The translations under genes were made by a program, and so were the position numbers. The notes under the pieces are model-generated. The model did no database searches. It saw only the letters and a list, made by a program, of their open reading frames with translations, and was not told the origin of the DNA. From Fibrobacteria bacterium (lineage in GTDB: Bacteria > Fibrobacterota > Fibrobacteria > UBA11236), in assembly GCA_043732185.1 (NCBI GenBank), contig JAYTHY010000050.1, positions 1-64,000 on the forward strand: DNA of 64,000 bases. Direction: 5' to 3'. Shown here in pieces: positions 18,876-28,927 of the stretch. Position 1 is the first letter of the stretch. The number at the start of each line of letters is the position of its first letter.

Positions 18876-20378
18876 ATGGATTGGATTTTACTTACCTTCT
18901 GTTATATGTATGCAGCCGCAGACAGTGATTCTCCAAGCAATGGCGCATGGCATAATCCACCCATGACACGTGCCGAATGGCTACGCAAGTTGGCCCATAT
19001 GGCGGCCTTCTGGCCTGCGCTGTTACTGCCCTACGTAACTCCCGGGCAGGCCATGGGAATTTCCTTTGGTCTTGTCCTTATGAACGTGATCCTTTTGCCA
19101 CGCTATGCGCCAAGTCTATACCGTGCGCGAGAAAAGGGCCGCGGTGCATTGGAAATCATCCTTTATCCAATTGCAGTGATGGCAACTATCGCTGCCTTCG
19201 GATGGTTGCCATCGAACGCGGGAGACATGGTTGGAGAGAGTCTGCCAGGGAAACCTCCATGGTACCTACCCATCGCGATAGCCTGGTTTGGATTGGCATG
19301 TGTGGACGCATGCATCGGACTCGCGTGCAGACTTTTTCCTAATGGACCTACTTTCCCCTGGAACAGGCGCAAACCCATTCTAGCCGCTGCTATAGGAGCG
19401 ATTGCGGCTTGTTTTCCTGCGTGGCTTCTGGTCCAATTCACTCTACCCTCAGCATTGAAATTATGGGGATGGGGATGGCCATGGTTTTTAGGATTGCTCA
19501 TTTTTTGCGCCCTTGTGGAAACCGTATGGTTTGGCATTGCCGATAATATCGTGATCCCTTTTTCCTTAAGCGTGGTCATTTCCTTTCTTCCTTCCACTCC
19601 ATTATTTTTGAGTAGCGGACCCGTTACGTGGGTGGAAATTTCCGGTTTTTGGAATGGACCCGTGTTTGCAATCTTGCTTTCCGTAGGTTTTGGACTTGCA
19701 GCGTATTTCGCCAGGTTACTCACGATGGGTGGTTCAATACTTGGTGGAATACTGGCACTTATTCTGATGCATGGCAATCTTTGGCTCATTGCCTTTCTCA
19801 GTGGATTTTTCCTTTTAGGGAATCTGGCTACCCGACTGGGAATGGCACGCAAACAGGCTCTAGGGATTGCGGAGCCAAGGTTCGGTAAACGTGGGGCAGC
19901 GGAGGTTTTCGGTGCCATAGGCGTAGCCGCTTGGATGACACCCCTTGTCCATCTCGTCCATGCGGAACCGAGCGATACGCTGCACCACGCACTTCTGGTT
20001 TGCATAGCCCCACTCATTGCCAAAACCATGGATACGGTTTCTTCCGAAATTGGCAAAGCCCTGGCAGGTCGAACATGGTCTGTAAATACCTTTCGCCAAG
20101 TAGCGCCAGGAACGGATGGTGCAGTCTCCTTGGGGGGTACATTCTGGGGTCTGCTGGCCGCTAAAGTACTGGCTTTACCCATACTGGCATTGGGCTGGGG
20201 CAATGGTAAAGATGTTGCGGTGCTCATGGGAATTGCAATCCTAGCCAATCTTTTCGAAGCCTATTGGAAGGGTTGGGCTGGACCAAAGGGCATGGACCAG
20301 GGGGCACATACCAACGTGCTGATGACTTTGGTAGCGGCAATTTTGGCTTGGATCTGGTGGTTTGGGTTGGGAGGATGA
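18876..20378 (+). CDS. Membrane protein: phytol/dolichol-kinase-like domain fused to DUF92 (start uncertain)
   Basis: RKLAH and DNIVIP in N-half; DTVSSEIG and PGTDGAVSLGG DUF92 motifs in C-half. Confidence 0.8.
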   Translation: MDWILLTFCYMYAAADSDSPSNGAWHNPPMTRAEWLRKLAHMAAFWPALLLPYVTPGQAMGISFGLVLMNVILLPRYAPSLYRAREKGRGALEIILYPIAVMATIAAFGWLPSNAGDMVGESLPGKPPWYLPIAIAWFGLACVDACIGLACRLFPNGPTFPWNRRKPILAAAIGAIAACFPAWLLVQFTLPSALKLWGWGWPWFLGLLIFCALVETVWFGIADNIVIPFSLSVVISFLPSTPLFLSSGPVTWVEISGFWNGPVFAILLSVGFGLAAYFARLLTMGGSILGGILALILMHGNLWLIAFLSGFFLLGNLATRLGMARKQALGIAEPRFGKRGAAEVFGAIGVAAWMTPLVHLVHAEPSDTLHHALLVCIAPLIAKTMDTVSSEIGKALAGRTWSVNTFRQVAPGTDGAVSLGGTFWGLLAAKVLALPILALGWGNGKDVAVLMGIAILANLFEAYWKGWAGPKGMDQGAHTNVLMTLVAAILAWIWWFGLGG

Positions 20379-20498
20379 AAAGGTGGCTTGGGTCAGCCTG
20401 ACGAATGCAGCATTAAATTCAAAATAAGATTCTGCATAAGCGAAAAGAACTCGATTTTGCTCTCTGTAGCAGCCCTACCCTTAGGTGGGAAATGGAGT

Positions 20499-21326
20499 TT
20501 ACCTTAGTAGTTCCAGGGCGAGTGTAACACATTGTTCCCGAATCCGTAGGGATTCTTCTTCATACGCTGGATCGAGGTGTTGGTTATTCATTCGGAAGGC
20601 TGCACATGACAAGGGCCCCTGGGCATTCGCATCGGAAAAATGTTCCTGAAGTGACCTGAGTGCCGATGGCATTCCCCGGTTTTCTGAGGCTTTTTCCAAT
20701 TGGAAATTCTTAATGGCCATGGGAGTGCCATCCAAGTAATTCATGGCTAGGTAGAGAATGTCATGGACATCCTTAGGAGCCTTGCGTGCTGTGGGCCCTC
20801 CAAATGCATTTAGCTTCAGAACTAATAAAGGGCCGACTTCGGCAACTCGAATGGAATGGGTTGATGGGGATCCAATCAAAGTTTTCCCAGAAATTGTAAG
20901 GGTACGATAGCATTCCAATGCTCGCTTTACTCCTGGAATTACGCCTACAGCTAAGCCTCCGTCAACGGTAACCGTACTCGGGCGATACGGATCCGTTTCG
21001 GTTAACAAATCTATGAAGAGTTCTATTTTTCCGAAGGCCCGTTTAAAACGCTGACCCGTCCAGATAAAGCCGTGGCTGGAAAGGGTTTCCCGTATCGTTG
21101 AATACTGGCCTCCGGATGCGGCGATATTGATCCCGAAGTCGACATCCAAGGTTACAGGCCCGGGCATGCCTTCCTTGGGCGGAATGGTTAAATATCGAAT
21201 TGCTAATCCGCCAATCAAAACCAGATCGTCCCGGAAGCGCGTGAGACAGTCCCAAGCTGTTAGCAAGGCTTGCTCCGGCAGTGCAAGGCTATTGGACGGG
21301 TATCCCAAAAAGGTATCTGGCTTCAT
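20499..21326 (-). CDS. AbiEii-like nucleotidyltransferase (type IV TA toxin)
   Basis: LIGGLA, TLDVD, LKLNA, KDVHD. Confidence 0.8.
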   Translation of the reverse strand: MKPDTFLGYPSNSLALPEQALLTAWDCLTRFRDDLVLIGGLAIRYLTIPPKEGMPGPVTLDVDFGINIAASGGQYSTIRETLSSHGFIWTGQRFKRAFGKIELFIDLLTETDPYRPSTVTVDGGLAVGVIPGVKRALECYRTLTISGKTLIGSPSTHSIRVAEVGPLLVLKLNAFGGPTARKAPKDVHDILYLAMNYLDGTPMAIKNFQLEKASENRGMPSALRSLQEHFSDANAQGPLSCAAFRMNNQHLDPAYEEESLRIREQCVTLALELLR

Positions 21327-22360
21327 TTATTAAAGCCTTTCCAATTTCGCAGGGCTTCCGCTTGATCCGGACCTCGTTGTCCAACTTGGAGCAGATCCAG
21401 GTAGATCTGTATATCCGACACGAGCCGGAATCCATCCGCTTTTCTCGTTTCGAAAAACACACCTTTATCCCTAGGAACAATAAGCCAGAAATTTCCACCT
21501 GCAAGTACTTTGCGGGCAAAATGAATTTCAGGAATTCGATCTTTACGGATATACGCCGAAACCACCGGCGGTGTGGTATACGGGAATCGCAAATACCCGG
21601 CGAACCATTGAGTGAAAGCCAGGTTCTCTTCGCCCAGCCCATCCTGCACGATTTTTGCGATTTCGGCAGGATCATTGGTGAGTAAGGAATACTGCTGGAC
21701 ATTAACGCGTTTATTCCAATTGTCGGCGGAACGCCAAGCATCCAGGAGTCTTTCACCATTTTTAACAGTATAGAGCTCCTGCCTCTTGGATTTTGGATCA
21801 GGTTCTTTTTTCACATAGTCGTTTCGTAAAAGTGCTTTCAATATTCGGGAAACGAGGCCGGGCGACGTTTGCGTTTGTTTTACCAATTCTCTCTGGTGCC
21901 AGGTTTTTACCCGATGACTAAGCAAGGTCCGAATGATTCGTGATGTTTTCAAGGAAAACAAATCCACGTCTTGAGCCGGGCCACGGTACTGCCCATCACG
22001 AGGCTCCCGATCCAAGAGCAAATGCGGAGCCTTTATGAACAAGCGCCCGTTCAAATCGGCGTGATTAATTCCCTTTTTGCGCAAGTCCTTGGCCAATTCA
22101 ACGGGAATATGCGGTGCCAGGAGCAAAATAGGTTTGTGGTTGGCATTTGTGGAACTATTCAAAACTTTTCGGGAGGGATACAAATCCACGAGTATGGACA
22201 AATGAGCCTTTCCACTTTGGGCCTCCACACGCAATTCAGGTCTATTTCCTGTGGGTGCAGATACCCGGATGACAAGGCCCTCAAACTCCGGATTTTTGAA
22301 TAATCCGGCGAAGGTCAGAAGCAACTGTTGAGGATCATTAATCGATTTCATTTTACTCAA
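21323..22360 (-). CDS. AbiEi-like (DUF2186-type) antitoxin/regulator
   Basis: HADLNG, winged HTH (SPGLVSRIL), LLDAW, QIYLDL...RG; 4-nt overlap with toxin. Confidence 0.82.
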   Translation of the reverse strand: MSKMKSINDPQQLLLTFAGLFKNPEFEGLVIRVSAPTGNRPELRVEAQSGKAHLSILVDLYPSRKVLNSSTNANHKPILLLAPHIPVELAKDLRKKGINHADLNGRLFIKAPHLLLDREPRDGQYRGPAQDVDLFSLKTSRIIRTLLSHRVKTWHQRELVKQTQTSPGLVSRILKALLRNDYVKKEPDPKSKRQELYTVKNGERLLDAWRSADNWNKRVNVQQYSLLTNDPAEIAKIVQDGLGEENLAFTQWFAGYLRFPYTTPPVVSAYIRKDRIPEIHFARKVLAGGNFWLIVPRDKGVFFETRKADGFRLVSDIQIYLDLLQVGQRGPDQAEALRNWKGFNK

Positions 22361-22368
22361 TTATATAT

Positions 22369-22386
22369 ATTTACTGTACAGTAAAT
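22369..22386. promoter_or_regulatory. Perfect 18-bp palindrome, likely antitoxin autoregulatory operator
   Basis: ATTTACTGTACAGTAAAT 8 nt upstream of the TTG start. Confidence 0.7.
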
Positions 22387-22527
22387 CAATTGCTAATAGG
22401 CTACCAAATCATTATTTGATGTAGATATAGCCATATTTTAGCATTTAAGACAAAAAGAGGGGCGAAAGGAGTAGTCAAACCAAGAGGGTTTTGAGTAGAG
22501 CAGAGGACAACTTTGGACCTCTATTGC

Positions 22528-23853
22528 CTAATCCCCGTTTACTCTGCCAGCCAACGGCAACTTTTCCATTTCACGGACCAAATCAAAGATCGCCCTCTCT
22601 TGCGACTGTACCTTATTAGAATGGCCGGATTTCCCCCATACCTTCCATGGTGTAGTGCTCTCAGGAAACAACACCGTGACGCTTATAGAAGTGAAATACA
22701 TTCCTTCGAGCGAATCTTGAACAATCGACTGAAGGTGAATATCTATATCGAGTGTGCCATCATGGGCAGGCACGATTCTGAAATAGGGACTGTGCAACGC
22801 CGCAATTTCACTTTGAATCCTCGCAGATAAATTCTCAGCAATTCCCAGACCATCGGCTTTAAAAACCAGGGACAAATCGATTGGCTGCAACTTCACATCC
22901 ACATCCAAATGCAAAGCGTATTCACCTGCCAGCCAGCCAAGCGTCCAAGTAGCTGGTTCCAGCTTACATTCCAAAAACGGTTTGGAAAGATCCAATTGGC
23001 CCGATGTGTTAGTTTCCATCTGACACACGGGTTTCCTTTTGTGGAAGCGCTCCACTGCGTATAAAGAAATGGGCCCTTTCCATTTCTCCTTTGTACGCGA
23101 ATCAACCAGATAAACTTGTGCGGAATAATGATTTTTCAATTTGTGATTGCAATCGATGCGGAAAATCCAGGGTGACCCTTCAACAACCAATTCAGTGTAG
23201 TTGATAATCCGTTGTATTTTACTGGAAATCTCGGCATACTTAGCAGAAATGGACTTGGCGTATCCAGCTTGAACCGAATGGCTTGTTTCGAACTCCAAAT
23301 AGGCATGCTGGATTTTGGAATATCGGTCTACAACACTCTGAATAAGCTTTGCTTCCAAATCGGAATCCAGCGAGGCATCCTCAGTATTCATCCAAGTCGA
23401 GAATACTTTTTCTTTTTCTTCCTCGGTTTTTAAAAATGTGGTTTTATCCAAGGTATACAGGGCCCAGAACTCGTTTTCGGTTTCGTAAACATCTGCCAAT
23501 TGGTATCCGGACAACTTGTTTTGACTGGCAGTCGTGATCTGCTGGTGATACGATTCTTCCCAAACCTGGGACATTTCACTTTGCTTCGAACTGTTTTCTG
23601 CTTTCACTTGGATGGAAATTTCTCGACTGATTTGTGCCAGAGCGGCAGCCTGGGCTATTTCCCGATACTCGCCGCCATGACTGCGCTTATCCACATGGCC
23701 GATACCGATATACTGATCTGGGTCGTGCGGAAACCGAGTTACCCATGAAGGTGAAAGTTCCGCCGCCCCGGGAACCGTGACCCATAAAAGTGCGGCCATC
23801 AAGTAGACCCATCCCAAGGCGGGACATGCGTACTGCCGACAGCCTGGAATCAC
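22528..23853 (-). CDS. LPP20-domain exported protein
   Basis: PSWV...YIGIG...AQAAALAQISREISIQV pattern. Confidence 0.7.
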   Translation of the reverse strand: MIPGCRQYACPALGWVYLMAALLWVTVPGAAELSPSWVTRFPHDPDQYIGIGHVDKRSHGGEYREIAQAAALAQISREISIQVKAENSSKQSEMSQVWEESYHQQITTASQNKLSGYQLADVYETENEFWALYTLDKTTFLKTEEEKEKVFSTWMNTEDASLDSDLEAKLIQSVVDRYSKIQHAYLEFETSHSVQAGYAKSISAKYAEISSKIQRIINYTELVVEGSPWIFRIDCNHKLKNHYSAQVYLVDSRTKEKWKGPISLYAVERFHKRKPVCQMETNTSGQLDLSKPFLECKLEPATWTLGWLAGEYALHLDVDVKLQPIDLSLVFKADGLGIAENLSARIQSEIAALHSPYFRIVPAHDGTLDIDIHLQSIVQDSLEGMYFTSISVTVLFPESTTPWKVWGKSGHSNKVQSQERAIFDLVREMEKLPLAGRVNGD

Positions 23854-24486
23854 TTACATACCCTGAGTGGTTTGAGCTGATACTGGAGGAGCGGCTTCCT
23901 GCCTTTTCCATTCCTGAAAGGCAGCCACTTCGTCATTCAATTCCTTATAGGCTTTACTGGCGCGCCACCGGTCGCGATTGGCCTTGTCTGCCTCCAATTC
24001 ACCCGCCATCGCTTTCATATAGAGGTCGCTGTCCAGAACCATTAAACCATAAACGCGGTATGTCCCTTCGCTATTCTGTTCGAAACGGGTTTCCTGTAAT
24101 GTAGAGCCCCGCAGCATTTGATCGGAAATGGTTTTTGCAGCTTGGCTGAAGTGATCGGAAAATTCTCGGCCCACTTCTTCCTGGAATTTCTTTTGCAGCG
24201 ACGATGTTTTGGATTCCAAGGCGCGCGAAAGTTTGGCACGCGTTTCCAACTCTGTTTTGTCGATGCCGGCTTGCAGATTCCTGGATTCGCCGATGGCGAC
24301 TTCCGCCAAGATGCCTTTCTCCCCTAACTTTTTCTTCTTGGTTTGGAGTTCACCAAAAATGTCGTTTTTAACAGGTTGGAATTTCGGTTTGTGTGAACAA
24401 TTGAGCAGAGGCAAGGCGGACAACAGGCTTACGACAAGGGTTAGGGTGTTGGATTTGGTTTTCGGTTTTATAGGAAATCGATTCAT
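23854..24486 (-). CDS. LPP20-like lipoprotein
   Basis: Start refined to MNRFPIK with GGAG RBS; LLN-C lipobox; AIGES...ETRAKLSR...YRVYGLM. Confidence 0.7.
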   Translation of the reverse strand: MNRFPIKPKTKSNTLTLVVSLLSALPLLNCSHKPKFQPVKNDIFGELQTKKKKLGEKGILAEVAIGESRNLQAGIDKTELETRAKLSRALESKTSSLQKKFQEEVGREFSDHFSQAAKTISDQMLRGSTLQETRFEQNSEGTYRVYGLMVLDSDLYMKAMAGELEADKANRDRWRASKAYKELNDEVAAFQEWKRQEAAPPVSAQTTQGM

Positions 24487-24487
24487 A

Positions 24488-25417
24488 CTATTCTCCATGG
24501 TTGTGAATGTGGTAGGTAAAATCAAAGTCATTGAAATTGAACCAGCTTTCATGTGCCTGCATCTTGTATTGCAAGCCTGGACTATCGCCCTTTTGCACTT
24601 CAAATGAATAGGCTTTCGGCTGTTCTTCCAGTTCGCGAACCCAACGGCCGCGCTTGTCCACGGCTCCATGCACGAGGGTAAGCGTGTGTTTGCCCACCGG
24701 AATATTTCCTTGAAACAGCACATAGTAGCGGTTTAAGGCATCGACCACTCCGCTGACGCCCAATAGGGAATTGTCGAGATAGATACGCACCTTCTGATGG
24801 GGAATACTGGATTCGGACAAAAGGGAAACCATCATTTTGTATTCGATTTGCAAGGGACAACTGTCTACCATAGGTTTAACAGCCACAGGAGAAATGGGAA
24901 GCACCGAATTTTTGCCTCCTTCTTTACCGAGTGCGAGTGCATTTAGTTTTAGGCGAAGCTGTTTTCCAATTTCAGGAATGATATCCTGAATATTTTGTTT
25001 GGGACAGGAGGCACTGGCGGCCACGTTTATTTTTCCGGTTTGCACATCGATGGCGCGGACATCCAAACGGTATTGCTCTCCCACCCGGTTGAAGGCACCG
25101 AAAAGTATGCCATCCACTCCCAACCATTTTCCCAGTTCTAGATTGCGTTCCTGAGTCAGTCCAGAAGTTTCCAGCTTCAATGCTTTCATTGCGGTTTGCA
25201 CTTTGGTGCGTTCCACTAATTTCACATCCCCCGATTCCATCAGTTCCGTAATAAGCATGTCCGGCATTCCATCTACAAAGGCGGTAAACTCACCGGTATT
25301 GTTAACGATGTCCATCACGGCCAACATAGTCTCCGTTTTCGGAGGAGGTACCGTGGCGGCCAGACTGGTGGGCGCCAATCTAGAGAGGAGAAGCAAGATC
25401 AAAGTTGTAATGCGCAT
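24488..25417 (-). CDS. CsgG/FlgO/TolB-N-like domain protein
   Basis: LAVMDI.N, DMLITEL, VKLVER, LGKWLGVD, RLDVRAIDVQTG. Confidence 0.8.
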   Translation of the reverse strand: MRITTLILLLLSRLAPTSLAATVPPPKTETMLAVMDIVNNTGEFTAFVDGMPDMLITELMESGDVKLVERTKVQTAMKALKLETSGLTQERNLELGKWLGVDGILFGAFNRVGEQYRLDVRAIDVQTGKINVAASASCPKQNIQDIIPEIGKQLRLKLNALALGKEGGKNSVLPISPVAVKPMVDSCPLQIEYKMMVSLLSESSIPHQKVRIYLDNSLLGVSGVVDALNRYYVLFQGNIPVGKHTLTLVHGAVDKRGRWVRELEEQPKAYSFEVQKGDSPGLQYKMQAHESWFNFNDFDFTYHIHNHGE

Positions 25418-25448
25418 GGTATTTCCTTTGGCCAAAGACAGGTAGCAG

Positions 25449-26513
25449 CTATTTCTTGAAGTAATTTTGGAGACGGTCAAAGACAGTAGCCATCGGAATC
25501 ACACCAACAAAATTGGCATGCAATTTCATTTCATCATCATGGGTATCGATGTTGTAAAAATGGCGTATTCCGGAATCCATGCACAACCAGTTTCGGATGT
25601 AGTAACGGATGCCAAGATTGTTTTCCATGGCCAAATCGGAATGGATTCGACCTGCGCTTAAGGAGGAAACATCGGTCGGGTGCAATACTTTGAATTCGTA
25701 CATGAATAGGGTTTTTGGATGCGACTGCCATGACAAACCGAGCCTGGGATTTATTTTAGTGGTCTCAAAGCCTTTACCCATATCGACAACGCCGTCAATG
25801 GCAGTGACATGATCCCGGATAATCTGAGCGCCGGGATGCAGGCTTAGCATATTATCGCCAATATGGAATGACTTGGAAAAAACCACCTCATACAAATCTT
25901 CATTCATCGTGTACACAGGAAAATCAAGGGGTCGGAAGGAATTGCGAAGGTTTTTACTGGCGGAAATGGAAGCAGCTGGAAGAAATTTGGATTCTTTCAG
26001 GAGAGACAATTTGAAATATCCCATGAGGATTTTGTCGGAAATATTCTGAACCGTATAATACTCCCCAAGTTCATACCCCAGCTCCATAATGCCTCCCAGG
26101 CCAAGCGATAATGAGGTTTTAAACTGTTGCGTACTGAAATTGGCCAAAGTGGAGTGAATGTTCCCCTGTCCGCCAAAACGCAGTTCATAGGATTGCAGGG
26201 AATAGGCGGTTGGCAAAGTAAATAACCGGGGAAGCAAGTAGGGATGCGATGTTTCAATACTCGCCACTTCCCCGGTGCTGCTCTCTTCATCCACACTGGT
26301 GTTTAAATCTTTTTCCACAGTGGAATAATTCTTTTTAGTAGGGATTAGGCGAGACGGAGCCTGCTCTTCTCCAGAGTTTTCCGAATCGGATAATACCGAA
26401 TTGGAACTGGCGGACTCTCGAAGGCCATCCTGCCTAGTCTGCGCCGAAAGGTGGGTTATGGTAAGACCTGCGACGAACAGTGGAATAGAAAGTATGGTCG
26501 ACAAATTTTTCAT
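25449..26513 (-). CDS. Putative outer-membrane beta-barrel (YjbH-like)
   Basis: AAGGAG RBS; signal peptide; LFTLPTAYSL; amphipathic strands; NLGIRY. Confidence 0.65.
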   Translation of the reverse strand: MKNLSTILSIPLFVAGLTITHLSAQTRQDGLRESASSNSVLSDSENSGEEQAPSRLIPTKKNYSTVEKDLNTSVDEESSTGEVASIETSHPYLLPRLFTLPTAYSLQSYELRFGGQGNIHSTLANFSTQQFKTSLSLGLGGIMELGYELGEYYTVQNISDKILMGYFKLSLLKESKFLPAASISASKNLRNSFRPLDFPVYTMNEDLYEVVFSKSFHIGDNMLSLHPGAQIIRDHVTAIDGVVDMGKGFETTKINPRLGLSWQSHPKTLFMYEFKVLHPTDVSSLSAGRIHSDLAMENNLGIRYYIRNWLCMDSGIRHFYNIDTHDDEMKLHANFVGVIPMATVFDRLQNYFKK

Positions 26514-26563
26514 TTTATTCTCCTTGGTTAAATTTGTTGTTCTTTAGCATGCTATTTGACTAA

Positions 26564-26580
26564 TGCAATAGACATGCCAA
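26564..26580 (-). promoter_or_regulatory. Sigma54-type -24/-12 promoter
   Basis: TTGGCATGTCTATTGCA with exact GG-N10-GC spacing, 50 nt upstream of the 26513 start. Confidence 0.75.
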
Positions 26581-26615
26581 GGCGATATATGGGGTTTTAG
26601 CCCTGATCCTTCGGG

Positions 26616-27236
26616 ATGCTGCGCACGAGATTGCGCAGGATGCGCAGGTTGGACAGTTCCAAACCTCAGCATCGTTTTATGAAAACATGTTTTACATTTC
26701 ATCCCTATATGCATAATATCAAATCCAGAGTGTCCGGTTACCTTTTCACATCGCGGAACGTATCCAATCCATCGCTCAAAACTTTCCCTCTATTTTTTCC
26801 GCGTCGACTATTTTTCCTTTACTCTTTATTGGCAGTAGGCTTCCTATCGCTGGCACATCCCGCCAAAGCGGACGAGCGCATGAATGGAATGGTGGGACTG
26901 TTCTACAGTAGCTACAATAAAATTGGATTCGAGTATGATCTCATCGCTCAATTCCAAAAAAGCAAAGAATGGATGGGCAACATCTCCGGACTTTACGTCT
27001 CGGATGAAATCTATCCTAGGGCCAATCGCCTGGGATTGGGATTTGCCTTGGGCCAACGCGTGGATGAAAAGGGTACTTTTGCTGCGTGTGTGACAGGATT
27101 CGGCGAAAACCGATTCAGTCGCTTATCCAAAATTGATTGGGGCGCGGAAGCCAAGGTTACGCTAGCCATTTTTGGCATTAAGGTAGGCCTCATCAATAAG
27201 GAAACACTTTTCCTGGAAGCCGGACTAAGCTATTAG
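26616..27236 (+). CDS. Hypothetical exported/outer-membrane protein (true start probably downstream)
   Basis: Signal-like ending AKA; beta-strand pattern; terminal Tyr. Confidence 0.55.
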   Translation: MLRTRLRRMRRLDSSKPQHRFMKTCFTFHPYMHNIKSRVSGYLFTSRNVSNPSLKTFPLFFPRRLFFLYSLLAVGFLSLAHPAKADERMNGMVGLFYSSYNKIGFEYDLIAQFQKSKEWMGNISGLYVSDEIYPRANRLGLGFALGQRVDEKGTFAACVTGFGENRFSRLSKIDWGAEAKVTLAIFGIKVGLINKETLFLEAGLSY

Positions 27237-27240
27237 AGTT

Positions 27241-27840
27241 TTAGTCCTTGATCTCCTTTAAAGCTTTTTCAATACGCTGATCCGGTATCAGCCACATTAT
27301 CGCGACCATAACATAGAGCGCACCAGAAATCCAAGTGGACACAAAGGCCGAAGGAATCGCCACTAAATAGGAGAAAAGCGAAACCGTTCCTTTGATGTCC
27401 TTGCCCATGGCTTTTGCTAGCAGTGATTCACTGCCATGGTGTTTGATAAGACTTCGGCTGAGAATATTAAAGGCGAATCCAGCAAGTAAGAGCACCACTC
27501 CATACAGGGCTACCGGCCATGCGGCGAAATGATTTTCACCCATCCAACCTGTGACAAACGGGACAAGGGACAGCCAAAATAACAAGTGCATGTTGGCCCA
27601 TAGAATTTTGCCGTTGACGCGATGGGCCGCCTGCAAAAGGTGATGGTGATTATTCCAATAGATGCCGACAAAAACAAAACTAAGCCCATAGCCTAAAAAA
27701 ATCGGTAGGATAGGCTTGAGCGCCGCAAGGCTGCCTTCATGGGGAATTTTCAATTCAAGTACCATAATGGTAAGTATAATGGCAATGACACCATCGCTAA
27801 ACGCTTCCAGTCGACCTTTATGCATACCCACTCTTTCCAT
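27241..27840 (-). CDS. TMEM175-family potassium channel (DUF1211)
   Basis: RLEAFSDGVIAIILTIMVLE, YWNNHH, LFWLSLVPF. Confidence 0.93.
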   Translation of the reverse strand: MERVGMHKGRLEAFSDGVIAIILTIMVLELKIPHEGSLAALKPILPIFLGYGLSFVFVGIYWNNHHHLLQAAHRVNGKILWANMHLLFWLSLVPFVTGWMGENHFAAWPVALYGVVLLLAGFAFNILSRSLIKHHGSESLLAKAMGKDIKGTVSLFSYLVAIPSAFVSTWISGALYVMVAIMWLIPDQRIEKALKEIKD

Positions 27841-27885
27841 AATTTTTCTTAAAAATTAGTTATTGTATATTCAGGATTCATACCC

Positions 27886-28914
27886 GTGGAGAAATCGATG
27901 TCCAAAGCAATTCTAAGCACCGCTCCCCTTGGCTTTCCCTGGCAACCGTCAGATCCTTTTTTATTCTGCGCGTACCACAATGATGCCTACCCCGCTGGCA
28001 ATGAAGATATGGGTCCCACGGCTTCCCTGGCGGGACGCAATATCGGCAGTGACTTCGCAGGCAAGGACGGCTGGCGGATGTATCACGGGGAGACCGTGCC
28101 GGGCTTTCCGCCTCATCCCCATCGCGGCTTTGAAACGGTGACGATAGTGCGGCAGGGTTTAATCGATCATTCTGATTCCTTGGGAGCAGCAGCCCGTTTT
28201 GGAAATGGAGATGTTCAGTGGATTACTGCCGGTAAAGGAATCGTTCATTCGGAAATGTTTCCTTTGCTCAACCGTACGGCGCAAAATCCTGCGGAGCTTT
28301 TCCAAATTTGGATGAATCTACCCAAGGCCGATAAGATGACGGATCCTCATTTTGTGATGATTTGGAAACAGGATGTTCCTGTGAAAAAAGTGCTTGACGA
28401 AGCAGGCCGTAGCACAACAGTTACTGTCGTTTCTGGAAGTTATGCCGATATTGTGCCCCCGCCTCCACCGCCGCACTCCTGGGCTGCGCATCCTGATTCC
28501 GATGTGGCCATTTGGACCATCCGCATGGACCCGTCCGCACAATGGAAATTGCCTCCCGCGACACGGGGAAGCAACCGAATGCTATTCTATTTCAAAGGCA
28601 AAACCTTACGTACCGAGGATCGGGACATCCCTTCGCAAACCAGTCTTACGCTAAACCCTGAGAGCGAATTGCTTCTGGTAAATGGATCCGAGGAATCGGA
28701 ATTGCTGCTTTTGCAAGGCCGACCGATCGGGGAACCGGTGGTTCAACACGGGCCATTTGTCATGAATACCCGTCAAGAAATCGAACAGGCTTTCGCAGAC
28801 TATCAACGTACGCGTTTTGGAGGTTGGCCTTGGCCCAGCGAAGAACCCGTGCATCCGCGCGCAGAAACCCGTTTTGCCAAGTTCCCGGACGGTCACGTCG
28901 AACGGCCGACTTAA
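27886..28914 (+). CDS. Pirin family protein
   Basis: HPHRGFETVT, HSDS, GIVHSE, GPFVMNT. Confidence 0.94.
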   Translation: MEKSMSKAILSTAPLGFPWQPSDPFLFCAYHNDAYPAGNEDMGPTASLAGRNIGSDFAGKDGWRMYHGETVPGFPPHPHRGFETVTIVRQGLIDHSDSLGAAARFGNGDVQWITAGKGIVHSEMFPLLNRTAQNPAELFQIWMNLPKADKMTDPHFVMIWKQDVPVKKVLDEAGRSTTVTVVSGSYADIVPPPPPPHSWAAHPDSDVAIWTIRMDPSAQWKLPPATRGSNRMLFYFKGKTLRTEDRDIPSQTSLTLNPESELLLVNGSEESELLLLQGRPIGEPVVQHGPFVMNTRQEIEQAFADYQRTRFGGWPWPSEEPVHPRAETRFAKFPDGHVERPT

Positions 28915-28927
28915 CGAAAGGGTCGTC

